A stretch of DNA of 64,000 bases, from the NCBI RefSeq assembly GCF_000143415.4, contig NW_003314402.1, positions 254,017 through 318,016 on the forward strand. Direction: 5' to 3'. The DNA comes from Selaginella moellendorffii. Lineage: Eukaryota; Plantae; Lycopodiophyta. The notes beneath the pieces were generated by a model that saw only the letters and a program-made list of their open reading frames with translations, ran no database searches and had not been told where the DNA came from. The translations under genes were made by a program, and so were the position numbers. The number at the start of each line of letters is the position of its first letter. The stretch's first letter is position 1. Below, piece after piece: positions 55,844 to 64,000 of this stretch.

Positions 55844-57102
55844 ATGACGAAAAACTGGATTTCTCCTTGGGCTGCGACGATCCAAGACCTAGCGAGGAAT
55901 GCTATGGAGTCCGAGGTAGCTGGCAACACCCCCATCACGCATTTGGCATCCATCAGCGAGGCGCTGAGCCAAGGTTTGCAAAATCTATGCCGGATAGACG
56001 AAGACAGCCGTGGAGAGGTAGAGCAAAGGGCAGCATCATCTCTGGACAGCGAAGTGTGGTGCAATCTTCCAGAGCATCTCGTCGACACCGTCTTGGCATG
56101 GCTGCCACCCGCCAGCCTTTTCCGGCTCAGGACAGTTTGTAAGAGGTGGAACAGTGTGGTTTCGAGCAGGGCCTTCCTCGACGCTTGCTCCAAGATAAAG
56201 TCCCGGCTTCCATACTTCCTCATGTTCGCCGACCACTTCCACCGCAGAGTAGCCGCCGTCTACGACGTGAGTGTCTCGAGCTGGCACTTGCTACCGTTCT
56301 CCTCCTTCATGCACTGCCGGTTCCCGGAGTCGTTTCTAGTTCTAGCAGCAGCCGGGGGGCTGCTGTGCTTGGAAGGCACGGGGTCGCAAAGCGGAACTAT
56401 GTTCGTCTCCAATCCCATCACTCGGGTCTACAAGAAGCTTCCACGGATATCGCGATGAAGTCGCCTTACGTGGTCGGGATGGTGGTGGACGACGAGATGA
56501 AGTCGTATAAGATCTTGGTAGCACAGGACGGGGAAACGCTAGCGTCGCAAGTCTACGATTCCTCGACCAACAGGTGGAGCTTAACAGGAGTTTACCACCG
56601 GAGGACCGCCATCCTCGCCGGTGCTACGTTCTACAACGGGCTGCTCTTCTGCTTGACGTTCTCGCCAAACGGATTGCTCGCGTTTGATCTGGAGAGGGGG
56701 CAGTGGCTGGAGGTGAAGCTGGCGCTGCCACCATCGCTCAGCTGTCCGAACCTCATGACTCACCAGGACAGGCTGTTACTCATCGGCGGGATCGAAGAGC
56801 TCGGCAGCCTCCAGAGCGTCCACGTCTGGCAGCTCCATCCGACCAAGCCCGAGTGGATGGACGTGGAGAGAGTCCCGGACGATCTGTTCCAGAGGCTGTT
56901 CACGTCCTCGTCGGGGCACTTCATCTGCGTCGGGCAGGGGGACTTTATCTGCCTGCACGAGTACTACTCGCCGGAGATACTCATGTATGACATCGTCAGG
57001 AGGTCGTGGCAGTGGCTACCGGGGTGCTCGCTCAATGACAACATCGAGGCTAGATCGGTGCTGGGCTTCGCGTTCCAGCCCCGGATCGAGGCAGTGCCTT
57101 GA
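55844..57102 (+). CDS. F-box / kelch-like beta-propeller protein (UFO/LCR-like) with a 1-nt frameshift at ~56448
   Basis: WCNLPEHLVDTVLAWLPPASLFRLRTVCKRWN, AAAGGLLC and VSNPITRVYKKLP in one frame. MKSPYVVGM...YDSSTNRW...GFAFQPRIEA* continues in another. Confidence 0.85.
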
Positions 57103-57299
57103 GACAAAGCTTGGGATTCTACGATCCAGGATCCTTGGAAGTGGAGGGGTGAGAAGAAGTTTTTGGGAGAACAACGAAGTAGTGAAGGTGGAAGAAGTTT
57201 GGAGGCGCCACTGATGTGTGATGGTGGAAGAAAGGCAACGTTTAGTGGCAAAGGTTTTCCTTTGGTCTTTTTCTAATGGTCAAGAGAATATTCGAAAGT

Positions 57300-59000
57300 T
57301 TGAAAGTTTACATAAGAGTGTATATTTCCAAGCGTCATATGTCGGAGTTCGTATTCCTGCGACTTTGCTTATGAATATATTCAAAGCTAAAAACGAAATG
57401 AGAGTACCATCACCTTACAAACTTGAGTCTCCAGATCATCCAGTTTTCCTTTCAGCTGCACTTCACCGAGAGAGAGACAACGAAAGGAAGTTACAATTCC
57501 AGCACGGGACCCGACCTTCGCAGGAGCTCTCTGTCTTCCTTGATAGATTTTTTGGCTTCATGTAAAGGCTCGCTCGATGATGGCTAACACAAAAACAATG
57601 CAATTCAATTTCAAACTGCGAGATCAGACAAATCGATACCTTCGAAACTCCACATTTTGTTGTAGCTGCTGTACTTTACTGAGAGACATTCGCAGGAGCT
57701 CGACGTCTTCCTTGATAAATTTTTCTGCTTCATGTGTAGGCTCGCTCAGCGATTCTTGTCGTTGATGCATCTCGCTAACACACAACAAATTAAATTCAAT
57801 GTAAAACTCAGAGTTTTTTCTTTCTTTTTTTTTTTTTGGACAAGATCGATACCCATGAAACTCCGCAGCGATTTGGAGCAGTCCTGACGACGATGTGGCG
57901 GTTCCCTTCCGGACTGGTCGCGTACTTAATTTTCCTGCGCGTTTGATCTGCATGTTACTGAGATCTTTCTTGCAATCTGCACAAGAGAGGTTAAATGCGA
58001 CAAAGACGCGAAATGTTACCCGAGTCGCTGCAAAACTTCGTCTGGATCGGCTCCTCACAGGGAGGCCGCGGAAGTTGCTGGAAGCCGAGTGCTTTCTGCT
58101 GCTGGTGGTGGTGGAAGCCATTGTCCTGGATTTCCTGGACCGCCGCCGTGGGGAATATCTGGTGCCTCTCAGAAACGGATCTCGATGAATGGTTCACTGT
58201 TCGTTTCCACCGAGCCCGAAGATGATCTCAGGGAGAGTATGTCTCGGTACGAGGGACCGGTGCTGCCACAGGGAGTTGAGGCCGGAGGCATGAGAAACGT
58301 CCCTGGTGGCCTGCATAGCTTGCATGGCTGGTCGCCAGGAGATTGTACAAGCCAGTGAGAGAAGACTCTATGATGTTGGTAACGACGATTGTTTTCCATG
58401 TTCACCAGCTTTTCCTGGATGACCACGAACATTCACGCACTCATTGTGACAATTGTATTACCTGCATTGTTATGACAGTATTCCACATGTTTGCGATATG
58501 TGTATCGAGTGTCTGCTTCTCCACGATCTGGAGCTCTGCCTTCCTGAGAAAACGATTTGCTTGTAAACATGTTCTAAGCTAAATGAAATGAGAGTAAGAG
58601 TATGCCTCCATCATCTTGCGAACTTGTGTCTCCAGATCATCCAGTCTCTCGACAGGTTTTCCTTGCAGTTGCTGCACTTCACTGCGAGAAAGACAACGAA
58701 AGGAAGTTAGCTACAAACTAAAACGTTTCCAGCACGGGACCCGACCTTCGACCTTCGCAAGAGCTCTACCTCTTCCTTGAGAAATTTTATCGCTTCAGGT
58801 GAAGACTCACTCGACGATTCCTGTACTCATCTCACTCAGCACGAAACCAGAACTTGGAACGTCAAAGCTTACGAAAAATTCGACAAGCTCTCCTCCTTCT
58901 CTTCCTCTCTTCTCTTGAAAGAAGCATCTCCACGCTTGGGTCTTGATTTCTCCTAAATGGCTGGGAGTTTCTTTGATTCCTTTGTAGGAGTGGAGCACCA
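57300..59000 (-). other. Two tandem, intron-containing paralogous units of an unknown coiled-coil gene, possibly degenerate
   Basis: 57387-57580 and 58579-58818 are a direct repeat. The module (S)LSE...EA.KF.KE..ELLR occurs three times. Splice-site-bounded exons encode QLKGKLDDLETQV. Confidence 0.45.
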
Positions 59001-60065
59001 CGTCCTCCTACAACAATGCAGTGATATTTGCCACAGATCTGGAGATCTTGCTTACCCTAGTTGTGGTAGCAGTTAGGGTTTGCAAGCTTCCACGATTTGG
59101 GGCTTTTGGTTCTAGGGGGAAATTAAGTTGTGGGAGTGATTGAAGTGAGGAAGAGGGACGTCGCCAACAACAACAGCCCTCCATTAGCTTCATCGGAGCA
59201 GTTATGGCAAAGGACGGGCTTGTTTTCTCCTCTTTTCGCTTCTATAGTTTGGTTTTTGCTCGTTTTCTTGATTCAACATGGCTGGCATTTAGGGAGTGGC
59301 AAAAAGCACTTCTAGTGGTGGTGCTTCATTCAGATCTGGGATCCAAGATCTGGATGATCCTAACTCGTGCTCTGGAATTAGGGTTCTTGGGCAATAGCTA
59401 GGGTTAGGGTTTGCCCTGTTCTAGGGCTAGGGTTCCTTGGCATGGGTTGCTGCAGTCTTAGAAGACTCTCAAAGCATCTCAATGGTGGATGGACAGTTGC
59501 AAAAGCTTTAGAAATGGAGTTTTTTGCTAAGATCTATGCGATTTTGCTTGCTTTGATGCGTGACAAAGACGGTAGCGGTCAAGGATTGGGAGCTAGAGGT
59601 CACTTTAGTGGTGACTTGGAGCAGTTAGTACTTAAAAGAGTTTCCAACTTTCTGGATTTTTTATGGAAGACTATGCATGGTGTCTTGCTTTGAGGAAGAT
59701 CGAGGAGGGAGGATTTTTGGAACTAGTGGTAGGGATTGTTGCCACAATTAGGGCTAGTGGCTAACAGGGTTGATTTGGTGATACACATGTAGGGGATTCA
59801 TATATCTCTTCTCCAACACCTACTTTGGAGTTCACTCCCTTAGGAGGAGGTTTGTGACCTTTCTCTAGTCCCTATTGCAGGGCTAGGACTCAGTTGAAGA
59901 TGAGCTAACACACTTGTCTCGTATGGGAGGCAAGGTAGCACACTCTCGCCTTGAGTTGGAGGATGTTCACACCTCGCTTGGAGTTACGAGTTGGAGCTAT
60001 GTTGCAATTGGACACTATTTTGGGCTTGGAAGCATGTTGATAGTGGAGCGTAGTTTTGCAGGTCA

Positions 60066-60240
60066 TGGAGCGTAGCAGGTGGCTTCAAGTTTCGTGGTGG
60101 AGTCACCTAGGAAGCAGATGGCCCAAGAGCAACACTGGGCATTCGTGCTTATGGAGTGTAGCAGGTGGCCTCTAGTTTTGCGGTGGAGGCACCTGGGAGG
60201 CGGACGACCCAAGAGCAGTGCTAGGCTTTTATGCTCATGG
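60066..60240 (+). repeat. Two-copy ~85-nt tandem repeat within TE-like DNA
   Basis: atggag.gtagcaggtggc.tc.agttt.g.ggtggag.cacct.gga.gc.ga.g.cccaagagca occurs twice. Confidence 0.75.
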
Positions 60241-60899
60241 TTTTGTTAGTTTCACTAGTTTCCCTGAAAGTGCGCTCTTAATATTGTATTAGTTCCTAAG
60301 GGGCAATTGAGAAATGTACCTATATATTGCATCAATCCAAGGTGCCCATATCAAGAAGGATGAATTTGGGACCCTTGGTGATGGTCATAAAGATGCACTG
60401 CCAATGGTGTCATGGAAAATGAAGTCATTGTGTTTGAATTATAATTATGATGTTCTCTTTGGATAAGAGTGTTGATGAGGGTATAGAGAGATGATGAGGA
60501 GTAGGATATATGGCTGGGAGACGAGTTGTCATTGTGTTGACAAAACTGAGTCATCAAGTTTGGTGGTCTAGCATTGCATAAATGTTAAAATTACAAGTAG
60601 ATTTTTTTAAAAAGAAAATTCCTTCAAGAATATAAAAGGGTAAGTATTATAATGTTCCACTTTATATTCTACAAGTGGACAATAATAAGAGGTATAGTGT
60701 CATTGTTGTCCCACTTATGTAGCCCAAATGTTCAATAAATTCTGCTTAGACAAGTGGAAGAAATGCTTGTCATATATTAATCCCAAAACCTAGCATCAGA
60801 AACTCATGACAATTGCTATAGTAAAATTAATTTTATTGGTATAGAAGTTTATATAATGAAACACCAACAAAACTCCATACTTTTATAATATATGTATAC

Positions 60900-62100
60900 C
60901 GAAAAGAAGGTAAATAAATATCTCAATCCGAATGTTGAAAGTTTATATACTTCACGATCATCCCTTTAAAGGTTTGAACGAGTGATTTCACTAAACCATC
61001 TATTTGTGAATGATAAACACTTGTGAAAGTGTGGTGTATCTTTAGCCGAGAAGTTAAAATGTGAAATGCTTCAATAATAAATATGGGATTATTATCTAAG
61101 AGAATTCGCTTTAGACAAAAATGCTAAAACACCACTTAATTAAGGAGGAAGTATTCAATAGTAGTTGCAAATGCACTAGCAAAAGCACAAATTTCCATTT
61201 AGCAAGTCAAGTAGTTAAAAGCAATAATGATATATTCATTGCTAGCAATCGACTATGGAAAACACCCCATTAAATCAAATGCCACCAATTGAAACAGACA
61301 ATAAATTATAATTGATTCCAACCGTCCTACAGTACAAGGGGGAATATTACAAACTTGGCATCAAACACAACTACACACATACCGGATAACATTATATTGC
61401 ATCTCCAGTCAATAGAAAGAACTGCATAGCTTCTCAATCATACAACGATGTCCTATATGCCCACCTAGAAAAGGAGAATCATAGTAGACATGAAGAAAGC
61501 ATAAAATAAATATCGAATGCACCACCAACCATAAATGATCATCAAGATCCGACTCTATAAAATAAAAGAAAGTCGTCCTCAAGGCAATATTGAAAATATA
61601 AATGCTAAAATGGCAAGTCATCAATAAATGATGTAGGATTCTCAAACCCATCATGAAGCCTTCGGATCTATAACTCAACCTTTTAAGCTTCATGAACCTC
61701 GTCAAGAGAAGGTAAATCTTGCTCCACACCTTATGGATATTAAACATCAAGTACAATAACTACTAATAGCATGGAATCTTTATCTAAAAAATCCACAAAT
61801 ACTAAAATAATAGACTCATCAAGAATAAGAGAAAAGAGTGAAAAAGGAAAAAAAGTTTAAGAAAGGGCATTAACATTAGCCATAGAACTCTTTAGACAAT
61901 GAATAACTTCAAAATCATATATTTAAAGCTTTAGAGCCTATCATACAGTACAACTAACTAAGTTCTTTTACTTTAATAACAAATTAATTGTAATAGAATC
62001 ACCTTTTAGTAATGTTTGAAAACCATGGAAATATGTATAAAGCTTCTCAAAACCCTAAACTACTACTAAACACTTCTTCTTTATCATATAATAGTTCACC
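60900..62100 (+). mobile_element. Heavily decayed Ty3/gypsy pol (RNase H to integrase) remnant
   Basis: WDYYLREF...IVVANALA (cf. ..VVADALSR) and YNDVLYAHL (cf. integrase Zn-finger H...GH) in AT-rich, CpG-poor DNA with no ORF. Confidence 0.45.
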
Positions 62101-62630
62101 TCTGTAGCACATTTTATCTCTCTCCCCTTAAACCAACTAGAAAAGGGGCAATTGTTTAATGAGAGAGCCCTTAGTGGCTATTTTATCCCCATTTAAGTGT
62201 TTTTAGGTTTAAATAGTATTGGGTTGAGTAAACTCTCAGAAAGTCTAAATTCAGGAACTTATATTTCCATCTTAGAGAAAAAATTCACAGTGACAGTATA
62301 TCCAAATCTCATCCTATGATTACATGCACTACACTCACCCCCCTTTCAGAGATGTCAATGTCTTCATTGACTATTGATTAACAACCCCTATTGAGAAGGG
62401 GAACTAACACTTCCATTTTTGCACTGAATTTGCCAATCCTTCTATTGTGTAGACTAGTTATTTCATGTGAAGCAACTAGTCATCTACCCGTACCGTAGTC
62501 CCACAGTGGATACTTTCGTCCACGGATACTCCACACAAGAGGAAGGACGTATGCATGGATGCCTAATACATATGATTTCAAATTTAGGGGTAGGAATATA
62601 CCTTGCTCAAGGGTATATTATATTTTTAAG

Positions 62631-64000
62631 CATAGTTACGAACACGAACACGGAACACGAACACGAGCCTCAGATTTCAGGAACCCGAACACGGAACACG
62701 ATCACGGCCCACGATGGCTCACGAATATTCTACTGAATATTCTAAGAATATGTTACTTAAAAATTATATTCTATTTCTTATTATATTATTATAGGAATAT
62801 GCTATATTTTATTATATTATTCTTAATATTTTTATTTGCACATAAACTACTTCACACTTTTAAACTACTCAAATATCCTGCATCTCATCGTCATCTTCAA
62901 CCTCATGATCTTCGACCTCACGATCTTTGACATCATCTCCATCTTCCTCTTCCTGTCTTGACTCAAGCTCGTCTTCAGGATGAGGAACTGTCTCCAGGAC
63001 TTTGTAGCTTACAAACTTGTCGTAATCACGATCATTTTTGCAGGTTAACAACCTGGTGTTGCAAGCCACAAAAACTAGATCTGCTGTCCTGTCCATGGTA
63101 AGTCTGTTCCTCTTTTTTGAAGAAACATGCTCGAAAGTACTGAACAATCTCTCCACCGAGGACGACGAGCATGCCTGACTTAGAACTCGAATGGCCAACT
63201 TCTGAAGAGCTGGAGTTTCATAACCATAGTCCTCCCACCAATGTACAGCTCCCCTCTTAGTGCGATCAGCCTTAGCATCATATGAGTTGAAAATGCCTCC
63301 TATCCTCCGGTAAGTTAAAAGCTCATCACATATCACATCCCTCTCACTGGATGTAAACATGGCCAGCAGATAAGCATTCCAGTCCTTCATGACCTCTCTG
63401 TTAGCATGCTTTTCATACTCCTGAAACTCGGGGTCCAACATGTACGCCACCGAGTGCATGAGCGAGTGATACTCATGCCACCTATTAGACATGATCTGAT
63501 GAAGTTCCCTGTACCTGCCATAATCCGACTGTCCTTCCTCTAAACTTGCATCCAACCTGTTCATGCACTCATATATCTTTCCAATCGCAGGTATATCACC
63601 GTCCACAACACGAAGAAGCAGCATAACATCCTTGGACACCTCTAGCATGTCCTTAACCTGTTGCCAGAAACTGTCATCAAAAACCGTTGCATAACTGTCC
63701 CTTCCTGCTCTCGAGTTCGACTCAGGCCTTGCTCTGTACGCAGGGCATACGAACATCTGTTGTAAAGCTTCTCGGAGCTCCACCAGCCTCTCCATCATAA
63801 TGAAGTTGTAGCCGAACCTGGTATCACAATAACACAGCAATCGCTTGTGAGTAAACTCCGCCAGCAGTGCCACTATATGAGAGTGGTTTCTAACGAAGAT
63901 CACCAAAGACTTTCCACGCTCCAGAAGTGTTGCCATCCATGGAAGTACACCGAAGTCTTTCAAGGCATTGTTCAAGCAATGGGCAAAACATGCTGCCCAT
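62631..64000 (-). mobile_element. 3' end of a hAT DNA transposon with terminus and subterminal repeats
   Basis: Terminus CATAGTTACG at 62631 followed by clustered GAACAC(G) repeats (62640-62700), ~240 nt beyond the transposase stop. Confidence 0.8.
62869..64000 (-). CDS. hAT transposase (DUF659 + C-terminal dimerisation domain), 5' truncated by the window
   Basis: Uninterrupted frame: CFAHCLN (CxxH), DTRFG, LLRVVDGD, LMHSVAYMLDP, WWEDYG...[23 protein letters not shown] and KKRNRL. Confidence 0.93.
   Translation of the reverse strand, partial: WAACFAHCLNNALKDFGVLPWMATLLERGKSLVIFVRNHSHIVALLAEFTHKRLLCYCDTRFGYNFIMMERLVELREALQQMFVCPAYRARPESNSRAGRDSYATVFDDSFWQQVKDMLEVSKDVMLLLRVVDGDIPAIGKIYECMNRLDASLEEGQSDYGRYRELHQIMSNRWHEYHSLMHSVAYMLDPEFQEYEKHANREVMKDWNAYLLAMFTSSERDVICDELLTYRRIGGIFNSYDAKADRTKRGAVHWWEDYGYETPALQKLAIRVLSQACSSSSVERLFSTFEHVSSKKRNRLTMDRTADLVFVACNTRLLTCKNDRDYDKFVSYKVLETVPHPEDELESRQEEEDGDDVKDREVEDHEVEDDDEMQDI

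Noticed and set aside
55823-55850. tRNA T-loop-like GGTCGTGAGTTCGACACCC
   Set aside because: The T-stem is mismatched and there are no D-arm, anticodon or acceptor stems. The upstream sequence is a splice acceptor.
59378-59435. Telomere-like TAGGGTT/TAGGGC cluster
   Set aside because: Only a few degenerate, non-tandem units within TE-like DNA; not an interstitial telomere array.
59770-59800. Possible LTR end plus primer-binding site on the minus strand
   Set aside because: Poor match to TGGTATCAGAGC and no second LTR visible.
62640-62700. Short repeats resembling a CRISPR or satellite array
   Set aside because: 6-7 nt units without spacers, explained as hAT subterminal repeats; eukaryotic context.

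Overview
Gene-dense land-plant nuclear DNA, most likely the lycophyte Selaginella. This is inferred from the roughly 45-60 nt GT-AG introns, very short intergenic spaces and PPR genes built from 31-aa S-type repeats. About 20 intact or near-intact genes are present: katanin p60, a coiled-coil protein, an acidic protein, DUF547, two PLS-E PPRs, WSS1/WLM protease, RMR PA-RING, MRL7/RCB-like, two tandem glutamate dehydrogenases, an NPG-family TPR protein, ABCB, a secreted GNA lectin, two convergent PHT1 transporters, beta-tubulin, GCP2 and an F-box gene with a 1-nt frameshift. They are interleaved with many deletion-riddled pseudogene remnants (S9 peptidase, DEAH helicase, FKGP, VPS22, and local copies of PPR, WSS1, RMR and MRL7) and an AT-rich island encoding a B-lectin protein. 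The right end holds degenerate retroelement DNA and the 3' end of an apparently intact hAT transposon. The most notable observations are: (1) a canonical 56-nt intron starting 2 nt after the GCP2 stop that splices in frame into the downstream F-box ORF (candidate dicistronic or readthrough unit); (2) an animal-type CDE/CHR element at GCP2, with E2F/CHR/MSA motifs at the other microtubule genes; (3) a reconstructable ~6.4-kb inversion and a tandem segmental duplication; (4) the AT-rich lectin island. All calls come from reading the sequence by eye and from recalled family motifs; no searches were run.
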